32,000 bases of DNA from Breznakia blatticola (GCF_004365815.1 NZ_SODD01000007.1:1-32000), one strand, 5' to 3'. Counted from the stretch's first letter, positions 1 to 7,970 are shown. The notes: generated from the letters alone by a model not told the origin. Numbers and translations are program-made.

Positions 1-93
1 AAAAAGTCAATTTATAGTTTCCAAGATTATCTCAATGGAAATAATAAAATGACTTTTTCTTTGTTTTTCTAGTCATATCTATTTGATGTTTAA

Positions 94-849
94 CAACTTA
101 TAAGTCCGAGCCAAGAAGGAGTACCGCAAGGTGGTCCATTAAGCCCAATCTTATCAAATATCTATTTGGACACATTTGACAAAGAGTTGGAGGAAAGAGG
201 TTTGCGATTTGTAAGATATGCCGATGACTGTAATATATTCGTAAAGAGTGAAATGGCAGCAAATAGAGTAATGAAGTCAATCACATCGTGGCTAGAAAGG
301 AAATTATTCTTAAAAGTGAATGCGACGAAAACGAAAATCGTGAGACCAACAAGAAGTCAATTTCTAGGCTTCACGTTTTTCAAAAATGGTCCCAAATGGA
401 AATGTAAACCTACTGATGATAGGAAAGCAAATCTATACGCGAAACTGAAGGAAGTACTCCTCAGAAAACATGCAACATCAAGACCATTGGCAATAACATT
501 TACAAGAGTAAATCAAATCGTTAGGGGATGGATAAACTACTTTCGTATTGGAAGTATGAAAACTTTCCTTGAAGAATTTGGTGGATGGTTACGACACAAG
601 ATAAGAGTCATAATCATAAAGCAATGGAAGAAACCAAAACGAATCTATATAAATCTAGAAAGATTAAACCGAGCACAACGCTTTAATTTCAAACATGAAG
701 AAATATTTAAGGTTGCAAACTCAAGGTTGGGTTGGTATCGGAGGTGTGGAATGGATATAGTAAATTTTATCCTAAGTCCAAAAGCTCTAGCAGTAAAGAA
801 AAAGGATAGACCAGGGTTGGTCAATCCTCTTCAGTACTATCTAAGATAG
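94..849 (+). pseudogene. Group II intron reverse transcriptase/maturase, 5'-truncated or decayed (RT motifs 4-7 plus maturase X domain only)
   Basis: Frame 1 from 94 reads SQEGVPQGGPLSPILSNIYL ... FVRYADDCNIF (RT motif 4 and the YADD motif 5), then a maturase-like RGWINYFRIG. In-frame stops lie at 70-72 and 91-93. No RT motifs 0-3 are recognisable upstream and there is no HNH/En domain at the C-terminus. Confidence 0.8.
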
Positions 850-869
850 TCGTGTTTAATACATATGTA

Positions 870-940
870 GCGCCGTATACGAGAACCGTACGTACGGTGC
901 AATGGGAGGGGCGAAAGATTTTACTTTCCCTCTACCCTAT
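870..940 (+). ncRNA. Group II intron ribozyme 3' end: domain V (about 870-900) and domain VI (about 903-938) with a bulged branch-point A
   Basis: GCGCCGTATACGAGAACCGTACGTACGGTGC fits the domain V fold (lower stem GCGCCGUAU/GUACGGUGC with a 2-nt bulge). The next hairpin, GGGAGGGG...CCCTCT-A-CCC, leaves A934 unpaired about 6-7 nt before a terminal AT at 939-940. It lies directly after the RT stop codon, as in real introns. Confidence 0.7.
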
Positions 941-1048
941 TGTAGATGTGTTAACGATCTAAAATGGGGACATATTTTATGGTTTTTGTCGTTCGTTATA
1001 ATTGTAGAAAGCATGCATTTTAGTTATTATAATATAAGTTAAGATTCA

Positions 1049-1077
1049 TTGTGTAATTGATTTTTTAGGGATATAAT
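1049..1077 (+). promoter_or_regulatory. Candidate sigma-A promoter for the permease gene (TTGTGT-17-TATAAT)
   Basis: -35-like TTGTGT at 1049-1054, a 17-nt spacer and TATAAT at 1072-1077, about 25 nt upstream of the AAAGGAGG RBS. Confidence 0.35.
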
Positions 1078-1101
1078 AATAGGGTTCAAAAAGGAGGAAT
1101 T

Positions 1102-2514
1102 ATGGGAAAAATCAAAAAAATTAAATGGTATAACCTTGCCTTCATGGCGTTCTCATCTGTGTGGGGATTTGCCAATGTTGTGAACGGTTTTTCAGAGTAC
1201 GATGGATTGAAAGCAATCGTTGCTTGGGTCTTAATCTTTGCATTGTATTTTGTGCCATATGCACTAATGGTTGGAGAAATGGGTTCAGCATTCAAAAACC
1301 TTGGTGGAGGTGTAAGTTCTTGGATTCAAGAAACAATATCACCAAAAGTTGCGTATTATGCAGGATGGACATATTGGATTGTCCATATGCCATACATTTC
1401 ACAAAAGCCACAAAGTGCGCTTGTTGCATTAAGTTGGGCGGTAACACAAAGTCCAGATTTGACAAACAATATGAGCCCCATCTTATTACAGATTGGTTGT
1501 CTTATCATCTTCTTAATTTTTGCTTGGATTACTTTACAGGGTATTAACCCATTAAAAAATTTAGCAACAATTGCTGGAAGTAGTATGTTTGTGATGTCAT
1601 TACTATATATATTATTAATGGTTGCAGCTCCTGCAATTGCACCAGACCGTATTCATGCAATTGATTGGAGTTTGGATAGTTTCATTCCAACTTTTGACTG
1701 GAAGTATTTAACGAGTTTCTCGATTTTAGTATTTGCGGTTGGTGGTTGTGAAAGAATCTCACCATATGTTAATAAAATGAGTGATCCTGCCAAAGGATTC
1801 CCTAAAGGTATGATTTTCTTAGCCTTGATGGTTGCAGCTTGTGCCATTCTAGGTACGATTTCCATGGGTATGATGTTTGACCCTGCAAATCCACCACAAG
1901 ACTTAATGTTAAATGGTGCATATTACTGTTTCCAATTATTAGGTGAGTACTACCATGTTGGTAACTTATTCTTAATCGTATTTGCTTTATGTAACATGAT
2001 TGGGCAATTGTCTGTACTTATCGTATCAATTGATGCACCATTACGTATGTTACTTGATTCAGCAAATCCACATTACATTCCAAGTTGGTTAACAAAACAA
2101 AATGCCAAAGGGGTGTATACAAATGGAGTGAAGATGGTTGTCATTATCGTAAGTGTCTTAATTATCGTTCCAGGATTATTACCAGGTGATGTAAACAGTA
2201 TGTATAAAGGATTGATTCAATTGAACTCTGTGGCAATGCCTCTACGTTATCTATGGGTATTTGTTGCCTACATGGCACTTAAGAAAGCAGGTTCAAAATT
2301 CGATAGTGAATACAAACTGACAAAAAGTAAAACAATCGGTATGATGATTGGAGCATGGTGTTTCTTATTTACTGCCTTTGCATGTTTACTAGGTATGTTT
2401 AAAGGAGACATTGGACAAATTGCAATGAATGTTGTTACTCCACTAGTTCTACTAGGTCTTGGATTGATTATGCCAGCCTTTGCTAGACGTGAAGAAAGAA
2501 ATAAACAAGCATAA
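1102..2514 (+). CDS. APC-superfamily amino acid permease (YjeM-like)
   Basis: 470 aa and highly hydrophobic, with about 12 predicted TM segments. The N-terminus (WYNLAFMAFSSVWGFANV) and overall layout resemble YjeM-type amino acid transporters. A strong RBS, AAAGGAGG, precedes the ATG. Confidence 0.8.
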   Translation: MGKIKKIKWYNLAFMAFSSVWGFANVVNGFSEYDGLKAIVAWVLIFALYFVPYALMVGEMGSAFKNLGGGVSSWIQETISPKVAYYAGWTYWIVHMPYISQKPQSALVALSWAVTQSPDLTNNMSPILLQIGCLIIFLIFAWITLQGINPLKNLATIAGSSMFVMSLLYILLMVAAPAIAPDRIHAIDWSLDSFIPTFDWKYLTSFSILVFAVGGCERISPYVNKMSDPAKGFPKGMIFLALMVAACAILGTISMGMMFDPANPPQDLMLNGAYYCFQLLGEYYHVGNLFLIVFALCNMIGQLSVLIVSIDAPLRMLLDSANPHYIPSWLTKQNAKGVYTNGVKMVVIIVSVLIIVPGLLPGDVNSMYKGLIQLNSVAMPLRYLWVFVAYMALKKAGSKFDSEYKLTKSKTIGMMIGAWCFLFTAFACLLGMFKGDIGQIAMNVVTPLVLLGLGLIMPAFARREERNKQA

Positions 2515-2517
2515 TAA

Positions 2518-2546
2518 AAGCGTGGGGGATGACCTCACGCTTTTTC
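2518..2546 (+). terminator. Rho-independent terminator after the permease
   Basis: AGCGTGGGG-GATGA-CCTCACGCT stem-loop followed by TTTTT, immediately after the stop codon. Confidence 0.7.
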
Positions 2547-2613
2547 TAGGTAGAGTCAATAGATTGAAAGCATAATAAGTGATATAATCACAAATGAAAG
2601 GAAGGTGCTTTAT

Positions 2614-3918
2614 ATGTCAGACAATAAAGAACTATTACACTTTTTAGAAAAAAGTAAAACACAATTTCATGCCATTCATGAGATTAAACAAATATTAGAT
2701 ACAAATAATTATGTAGAATTGAAAGAACAAGACCGTTGGGATCTAAAAAAAGGTGGTAAGTACTATACAACAAGAAATGGATCTGCCATTATTGCATTCC
2801 AAGTTGGTGAACAAATTGATGACTTACATTTCCAAGTAAGTGCAGCCCACTCAGATTCACCAACATGGAAAGTAAAAGAACATGCCCAATTAAAAGCAGG
2901 ACCATATGTACAATTAAATACAGAAGGATATGGAGGAATGTTAATTGCTCCTTGGTTTGATCGTCCATTGTCATTAGCTGGACGCGTTCTTGTAAAAGAA
3001 GGAAATAAAGTCGTAAGCAAACTTATAGACATTGACCGTGATCTATTAATCATTCCAAATGTGGCAATTCACTTAAACCGTGAAGCAAACAATGGATACA
3101 AATACAACAATCAAATTGATTTGATGCCTTTATTAGCAATGGATAATAAAGATGATGCGATGTATCTAAAAATGATTGCCCAAGCAGCTGGAGTAAAGGT
3201 TGAAGATGTCGTAAGTCATGATATGTATTTATACAATCGAACAAAACCAACAACATTTGGTTACAATAATGAATTTATTGCATCTGGTAAAATCGATAAC
3301 TTACAAAGTGCATTTACAACTTTACAAGGATTTATCGCTGGTAAAAATGATCAAGCAATTAATGTATACAGCGTATTCGATAATGAAGAAGTTGGATCTG
3401 CAACTCGTATGGGAGCAGGCGGAACGTTATTATACGATGTATTACAACGCGTAGTTACAAATTTAGGATATACAAGTGAAGACTATTATCAAGCAGTCGC
3501 AAAAAGCTTCATGCTTTCTGTGGATAATGGACATGCCATTCATCCAAATCATCCAGAGTTTTCAGACAAAAATAACCATCCAGTATTAAATGGTGGAGTT
3601 GTTATTAAATATAATGCGAATCAAAAATATACAACAGATGGATTAAGTGCTGCAGCATTTATGTCTTTATGTAAGGAAAACAATATTCCATACCAACCAT
3701 ATGCAAATCGTAGCGATATGCCTGGAGGGAGTACACTTGGAAGTATTTCATCAACAAACGTAGGGATGTTGGCAGTTGATTTAGGACTTGCACAACTAGC
3801 TATGCACTCAAGTTATGAAAGTGCAGGAGCAAAAGATCCACAACATATGATTGATGCTTGTAAAGCATTCTTTAGTACAAACATGATTGTAAGTGATGAA
3901 GGTGTACAGGTCGGCTAA
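2614..3918 (+). CDS. M18-family aminopeptidase (aspartyl aminopeptidase-like)
   Basis: About 434 aa. The N-terminal pattern FLEKSKTQFHAIHEIKQIL, SAAHSDSP, VFDNEEVGS and AMHSSYE are typical of M18 metallopeptidases. I prefer the ATG at 2614 (RBS AAAGGAAGG 8 nt upstream) over the GTG at 2605 in the ORF track. Confidence 0.85.
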   Translation: MSDNKELLHFLEKSKTQFHAIHEIKQILDTNNYVELKEQDRWDLKKGGKYYTTRNGSAIIAFQVGEQIDDLHFQVSAAHSDSPTWKVKEHAQLKAGPYVQLNTEGYGGMLIAPWFDRPLSLAGRVLVKEGNKVVSKLIDIDRDLLIIPNVAIHLNREANNGYKYNNQIDLMPLLAMDNKDDAMYLKMIAQAAGVKVEDVVSHDMYLYNRTKPTTFGYNNEFIASGKIDNLQSAFTTLQGFIAGKNDQAINVYSVFDNEEVGSATRMGAGGTLLYDVLQRVVTNLGYTSEDYYQAVAKSFMLSVDNGHAIHPNHPEFSDKNNHPVLNGGVVIKYNANQKYTTDGLSAAAFMSLCKENNIPYQPYANRSDMPGGSTLGSISSTNVGMLAVDLGLAQLAMHSSYESAGAKDPQHMIDACKAFFSTNMIVSDEGVQVG

Positions 3919-4526
3919 TGGATCAAAGAATGATCGAAGCCTATGAATCAGAAAAACAAGCACTTGAGCCTAAACAAAAAGCACAACTTGAATCAGTGGA
4001 ACAACTGCTTTTCTCTAATAAAGAGTATCGTGAACAAGCATATGATTATTTGCGTCTAACGCTTGAAGATATCAAAGCAGGAAAAACTTTACCGAAAAGT
4101 TTAAAGACGTATATCAGTCAACTAAAAAACAGCGGACGACTCCATCAAGTAAGTGAAGATGAGATTAAACAAGATTATGAACACTACCGTATTCTATGTA
4201 TGTGGATTGCGGTAGCAAGTTTACTTATCTTGCAATTTGTGAAAGCATGGCTAAATGAGAATTATATCGTTAGTTTCTCTGTGGATGTCATCTTTCCGAT
4301 CTTTGGAGCATGGGTTTTATTTAAGAACTTAATCGGTAAACGTAAACTTGTTGAAAAGCATAAGTTTCCTAAAGCGTATTACACACTAGATTATCCAGTG
4401 TTATTTGTATCGTTGGTACTAAGTGTATTGATACGAACTCCATTCGATGTGAGTTTTGTCTTAGTTGCTTTGATTCAAGTATTCCAAGTACACAAAATAA
4501 AGAAAGAATTTCAATTGATAAAGTAA
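3918..4526 (+). CDS. Hypothetical membrane protein (soluble N-terminal half, about 3 TM segments in the C-terminal half)
   Basis: 202-aa ORF. Its ATG overlaps the aminopeptidase TAA (TAATG), suggesting translational coupling. I recognise no family. Confidence 0.55.
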   Translation: MDQRMIEAYESEKQALEPKQKAQLESVEQLLFSNKEYREQAYDYLRLTLEDIKAGKTLPKSLKTYISQLKNSGRLHQVSEDEIKQDYEHYRILCMWIAVASLLILQFVKAWLNENYIVSFSVDVIFPIFGAWVLFKNLIGKRKLVEKHKFPKAYYTLDYPVLFVSLVLSVLIRTPFDVSFVLVALIQVFQVHKIKKEFQLIK

Positions 4527-4585
4527 CTGATAGATGTTGGTTACTTTTTCTTTTGGTTTTCACTAAAATTACGTATAATAGGGAT

Positions 4586-5332
4586 ATGAATAAATTTATA
4601 AAAACGTTCAGTAAGTGTTTGCTGCTTGTGTTTGTGTTGCTACTTGTGTATCGATTATATTTTGCATGTATTGTGACAAAATTTATTAGTGAACCACTAG
4701 ATATCAAACAGATGTTGATAAATAGTAGAATTTTACCTAATGCAATAATGTTGTTTTTGATTGCCCTCTGGATGCGTGTGAAAAAGGTGAGCTTTCATGA
4801 ACTGGGATTTGTTAAAATGCAGAAAGAAGGATTTGTTGATTGCTTTTACTTCTTACCAATTGTTGGTTTGTTACTTGTAATTTTTCTTACTATGCAACCA
4901 TATGCGCCTATGGATGTAACAATGTGGATTATGGTGTTAATTGAGATCTTTCTCATAGCAATTATTGAAGAAGTCATATTTCGTGGGATAATTTATCGTG
5001 CATTACTACCTTATGGAAATTTAGTGACACTTTTTGGAACAGCGATTCTATTTACGATTGCACACATAGGCAGTTTGACTGAAATTTCAAGTGTCAATAA
5101 TGAGTTAGTATTCTATTTACTAAGTTCGATGATGTTCTATTTTACAGTGTCATTAATGTTTTCGTACATACGTTATAATGCAAAAAGTATCATTCCTTGT
5201 ATCGTTTATCATGTGTTGCACAATTTGATTGTCGTAAATACGAGTTTTGATGTTTTCTATCTAATTGCATTTTTTACAGCATATGCATATGCAATGCATG
5301 TTTATAATAAAAGAAAGGAAAGAATTGTATGA
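4586..5332 (+). CDS. CPBP-family intramembrane glutamic endopeptidase (CAAX protease / Abi PF02517-type)
   Basis: Motif 1 is IIEEVIFRGIIY (EExxxR). A later FTIAHIG and a C-terminal YHVLHNL provide the His motifs. The protein is polytopic. I prefer the ATG at 4586 (MNKFIKTF) to the TTG at 4553. A TATAAT at 4574-4579 lies only about 7 nt before this ATG, so the start and SD assignment is uncertain. Confidence 0.7.
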   Translation: MNKFIKTFSKCLLLVFVLLLVYRLYFACIVTKFISEPLDIKQMLINSRILPNAIMLFLIALWMRVKKVSFHELGFVKMQKEGFVDCFYFLPIVGLLLVIFLTMQPYAPMDVTMWIMVLIEIFLIAIIEEVIFRGIIYRALLPYGNLVTLFGTAILFTIAHIGSLTEISSVNNELVFYLLSSMMFYFTVSLMFSYIRYNAKSIIPCIVYHVLHNLIVVNTSFDVFYLIAFFTAYAYAMHVYNKRKERIV

Positions 5333-5748
5333 TGTATGAAGAAAACCGAGAGAAAAATGTAAAAGTAAATGAGAAATATTTACAAGATTTTCTTAAGTAT
5401 TTGATTGCTAATGGACTTAGCGAAAAAATGAGTTACAAGCATGTATATAACATGGATTTCTACTTGAATGATTATCTCAATTATTATGAGGTAGTGAAGA
5501 TGAAAGATGGAGTAGAACACGTTGATGAATTTTTTATGGATTGGTTCAAACGCAAAGCTATGTGGTCAACTCCTGCAAGTTATAAACAAAACTTCACAAG
5601 TTTGAAAAAGTTTTATGGTTATATGTGTGAAAGAAATCTTGTATCAAAAGAGACATACGAAGAATTGCTAAGTACCATACGTGAAAGAAAAGCAATTTGG
5701 CTCAATGAAATTGATAGATACAATACACCAGATGATTTCATGTTCTAA
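5329..5748 (+). CDS. Small soluble protein resembling a stand-alone tyrosine-recombinase N-terminal core-binding (SAM-like) domain
   Basis: 139 aa. The pattern YLQDFLKYLIANGLSEKMSYKH...SLKKFYGYMCERNLVSKE resembles integrase core-binding domains, but no catalytic domain follows. The start overlaps the CPBP stop codon (ATGA). Confidence 0.45.
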   Translation: MMYEENREKNVKVNEKYLQDFLKYLIANGLSEKMSYKHVYNMDFYLNDYLNYYEVVKMKDGVEHVDEFFMDWFKRKAMWSTPASYKQNFTSLKKFYGYMCERNLVSKETYEELLSTIRERKAIWLNEIDRYNTPDDFMF

Positions 5749-5783
5749 AGTATTGAAATATAGATATGTCTAGTAAATCGTTA

Positions 5784-5812
5784 TTGCGATTTTGCTAGAC
5801 ATGCCATATAAT
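5784..5812 (+). promoter_or_regulatory. Sigma-A promoter for the TPP riboswitch-thiT unit (TTGCGA-17-TATAAT)
   Basis: TTGCGA at 5784-5789, a 17-nt spacer and TATAAT at 5807-5812, about 10-15 nt upstream of the riboswitch P1 stem. Confidence 0.6.
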
Positions 5813-5821
5813 AAAGGAAGT

Positions 5822-5918
5822 TCAGACAGGGGCGCTATCCATTACGGTGGACGCTGAGATGTACGAAAGTACGGTCCCTTATGACCTGATCTAGTTAATG
5901 CTAGCGTAGGGAGTCTAT
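5822..5918 (+). promoter_or_regulatory. TPP (thiamine pyrophosphate, THI-box) riboswitch aptamer
   Basis: Contains the hallmark blocks AGGGGCGC ... CGCTGAGA ... CCCTT-AT-GACCTGATCTAGTTAATGCTAGCGTAGGGA, closed by an AGAC/GTCT P1 stem. A thiamine-transporter-like gene lies downstream. Confidence 0.9.
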
Positions 5919-5933
5919 CGATATGATATATCA

Positions 5934-5969
5934 CTACGCCTGCCGTTTCATTATGGAGGTGTTTTTTTT
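5934..5969 (+). terminator. Riboswitch expression platform: terminator-like hairpin that includes the thiT SD
   Basis: ACGCCT...AGGTGT stem followed by eight T residues ending at the ATG. The 3' arm overlaps the GGAGGTG Shine-Dalgarno, so one helix could both terminate transcription and mask the RBS. Confidence 0.5.
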
Positions 5970-6482
5970 ATGAAAAAGAGCAGTGTTTTAGAACTTGTAT
6001 TTATGGCGTTTTATGTAGCGTTGTTTATGGTCTTAGATTATATGACCAATATGCTATCGATTTTACAAATGCCACGAGGAGGATCTCTAGGGATTTCGAC
6101 GATTGCCTTATTGATGGCAAGCTATCACTTAGGATGGCAAAAAGGTTTAATGGTTTCTTGTGTATCCATTTTGGCTCAATTTATTACAGGTCCAATGTAT
6201 ACACCGGATTTAATTGGATTCTTGCTTGATTACGGAATTGCGTTCTCAGTATATGGACTTGCTTGTCTATTGCCAAATATTGGCTGGTTTTATACTGGAA
6301 TCTTAGCAACAAACCTTATCCGCTTTATGAGTAGTACTTTGTCAGGTGTTCTTGTATGGGATACACAGTGGTGGGCATCTGTAACGTATAATGCATCGTA
6401 TATGATTCCTACATGTATTCTTGGATTAATTTTAATTCCAGTGTTAGATAATGCATTAAAAAAATACACAAAACGAGTGTAA
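5970..6482 (+). CDS. thiT: ECF-transporter S component, thiamine-specific (ThiT-like)
   Basis: 170 aa with about 6 TM helices, a size and topology typical of ECF S components. It lies directly under a TPP riboswitch, and ecfA1/ecfA2 are present at 30.7 kb in the same window. Confidence 0.75.
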   Translation: MKKSSVLELVFMAFYVALFMVLDYMTNMLSILQMPRGGSLGISTIALLMASYHLGWQKGLMVSCVSILAQFITGPMYTPDLIGFLLDYGIAFSVYGLACLLPNIGWFYTGILATNLIRFMSSTLSGVLVWDTQWWASVTYNASYMIPTCILGLILIPVLDNALKKYTKRV

Positions 6483-6496
6483 TAAAAGATTCAAAC

Positions 6497-6539
6497 AAAA
6501 GGATGGAAACCCAAGTATCATGGGAATCCATCCTTTTTG
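6497..6539. terminator. Bidirectional terminator between convergent thiT and the response-regulator gene
   Basis: AAAAGGATGGA...TCCATCCTTTTT with an inner CCCA/TGGG extension. A-run on one side and T-run on the other. Confidence 0.7.
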
Positions 6540-6549
6540 ATGTGATTAA

Positions 6550-7230
6550 CTATTCATTCCATATATAACCATAACTACGTATAGCCGATATTGCTTGAAT
6601 GTTCAGTTTGGAACGCAGTCGTTTGACATGTCCATCAATCACGCGAAAATCAATATCCTCAACTTCTGTGACCCAAAGCCGTTTTGCGATGATTTCACGA
6701 CTTAAAGCAGAGCCTTTATATTCAAGAAACATAGACAACAATTCAAACTCTTTGTTTGTGACATGTATTGGTTTTTCTTCCTTAAAGACAAGTCGTTTGT
6801 CCGTGTCGATAGAAATCGCTTCTTTTGTAGAAAAAAGCATGTAACCTTGTTCATTTTGCTCAATCGTATCTTTACATAACACTTTATGAATATATGTAGT
6901 CAAGACAACGTGACTTCGATTGGTATTAAAGTAGAAATCAATTCCATGATCGAATGTATTGATTTCGATTTCATCGCTTTGATATGAAGACAACATGATA
7001 CTGCGGAAAAAAGGTTTCATTTCCCGTAAAATTAGAATCAATCTGATTCCATCCATTTCCTTCATTTGATACTCACTGATTACAAGGTCATATGATTTCT
7101 TTGCAAAAAGTGCAATGGCATGGATTGGGCTTGTTGAACAATCAACACTATGTCCATATAATTCGATACTTTCTTTTAATTTCGAGGTGTATGTACTCGA
7201 TGGTTTTACTAATAAAATTTTTTTATTCAT
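6550..7230 (-). CDS. OmpR/PhoB-family response regulator with a degenerate (pseudo-)receiver domain
   Basis: The C-terminal winged helix is clear (TNKEFELLSMFLEYKGSALSREIIAKRLW...IDGHVKRLRSKL...SYGYIW). In the receiver domain the acidic pair reads KP (LLVKPSS), the phospho-acceptor position reads E (DLVISEYQM) and the conserved Lys position reads T/N (DFYFNTN). Confidence 0.85.
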   Translation of the reverse strand: MNKKILLVKPSSTYTSKLKESIELYGHSVDCSTSPIHAIALFAKKSYDLVISEYQMKEMDGIRLILILREMKPFFRSIMLSSYQSDEIEINTFDHGIDFYFNTNRSHVVLTTYIHKVLCKDTIEQNEQGYMLFSTKEAISIDTDKRLVFKEEKPIHVTNKEFELLSMFLEYKGSALSREIIAKRLWVTEVEDIDFRVIDGHVKRLRSKLNIQAISAIRSYGYIWNE

Positions 7231-7289
7231 ACTAATTCCTTTACTCTAATATTCTAGTAAAAGATACCCGCGATATAACACACTATAAA

Positions 7290-7318
7290 ATATTAACAAG
7301 ATATAATGATTTGCACAA
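7290..7318 (-). promoter_or_regulatory. Candidate promoter of the response-regulator gene (minus strand TTGTGC-17-TAATAT)
   Basis: On the minus strand, -35 TTGTGC (7318-7313), a 17-nt spacer and -10 TAATAT (7295-7290). An AAAGGAA RBS precedes the ATG at 7230. Confidence 0.35.
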
Positions 7319-7603
7319 TAGATTTTATTCGATTTCTTAAAACTTATTAATTCATTGGCAAATTTTGTAAACATATTTTACATAAACGACACATACCATT
7401 CGTAAAACATCACAAAAAAATGATGTACATTCAATGACCTTTGAGTTGCTAAAAGGAGCATTGCAATAATTTTTCTAAGATATATAGTACGAAACGTGTG
7501 TAGATATAATATGCATGATCGTAGTTAGTACTGAGAAAGGAGAACTGAAAAAGTTAACGACATGTTTGTTTAAAAGACATGGGGTGTAAAGAAAGGAATT
7601 GGA

Positions 7604-7915
7604 TTGTATGGGAAAAAGGGAATTCGATTTATAGCAGTCATTATCATATTCGTATCTATGTTTACAAATACGCAACAAATTAAAGCGGCAAAGCAAGAAC
7701 ATGTAAAATATAATAAAGTAGAAATTGTAGCGATAGAAAAACATAATGATGCTAGTAAAAGTGTACAATCAACAAAATTTGATTTAAACCAACAAAGCAC
7801 AAATCAACTGTCAACTAATGATGAGATAGCGCATGTGTGTATCATGATTTGTGCATTAGGGGTATCATGTTTGATTCTTGCATACATAGGAAGAAAAGTA
7901 TATAAAAGTAAATAA
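7604..7915 (+). CDS. Small exported or membrane-anchored hypothetical protein
   Basis: 103 aa. It has an N-terminal signal-like segment (IRFIAVIIIFVSMF), a polar Q/S/T/N-rich middle, and a C-terminal hydrophobic helix plus basic tail (CALGVSCLILAYIGRKVYKSK). An RBS, AAAGAAAGGAA, lies upstream. Confidence 0.5.
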   Translation: MYGKKGIRFIAVIIIFVSMFTNTQQIKAAKQEHVKYNKVEIVAIEKHNDASKSVQSTKFDLNQQSTNQLSTNDEIAHVCIMICALGVSCLILAYIGRKVYKSK

Positions 7916-7970
7916 ATCAATAAATCGTGTGAATGTAAAGGAAACTCTATATATTATATATAAGGAAAAG

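Noticed and set aside
98-280. A 60-aa minus-strand ORF overlapping the group II intron RT fragment.
   Set aside because: It is antisense to clear RT motifs (GVPQGGPLSP, YADD) and has no independent support.
1086-4707. Overlapping alternative-frame or antisense ORFs within the permease, aminopeptidase and membrane-protein genes (1086-1295, 1161-1547, 1653-1865, 2763-3053, 2789-2974, 3050-3256, 3218-3454, 4369-4707).
   Set aside because: They are embedded in longer ORFs with recognisable families or clear membrane topology. None has a supporting RBS or motif.
5918-5932. The 15-nt sequence TCGATATGATATATC in the riboswitch expression platform is the exact reverse complement of 10517-10531, just beyond the IS right end. 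I briefly considered it as a possible TnpB guide/target pair.
   Set aside because: The sequence is low-complexity AT-rich with internal palindromes (GATATATC, ATCGAT). A 15-mer match is roughly what chance predicts, because two strands of 32 kb give about 10^9 comparisons and 4^15 is also about 10^9. The exact IS end, and hence the guide position and TAM, is unknown.
7475-7800. Minus-strand ORFs of 97 aa and 76 aa in the AT-rich region opposite the 7604-7915 gene, plus a 14-codon CTG-initiated mini-ORF at about 7543-7587.
   Set aside because: They have no RBS, Phe/Ile/Tyr-rich composition typical of AT-rich noise, and they overlap each other and the better-supported plus-strand ORF. The mini-ORF relies on a CTG start.
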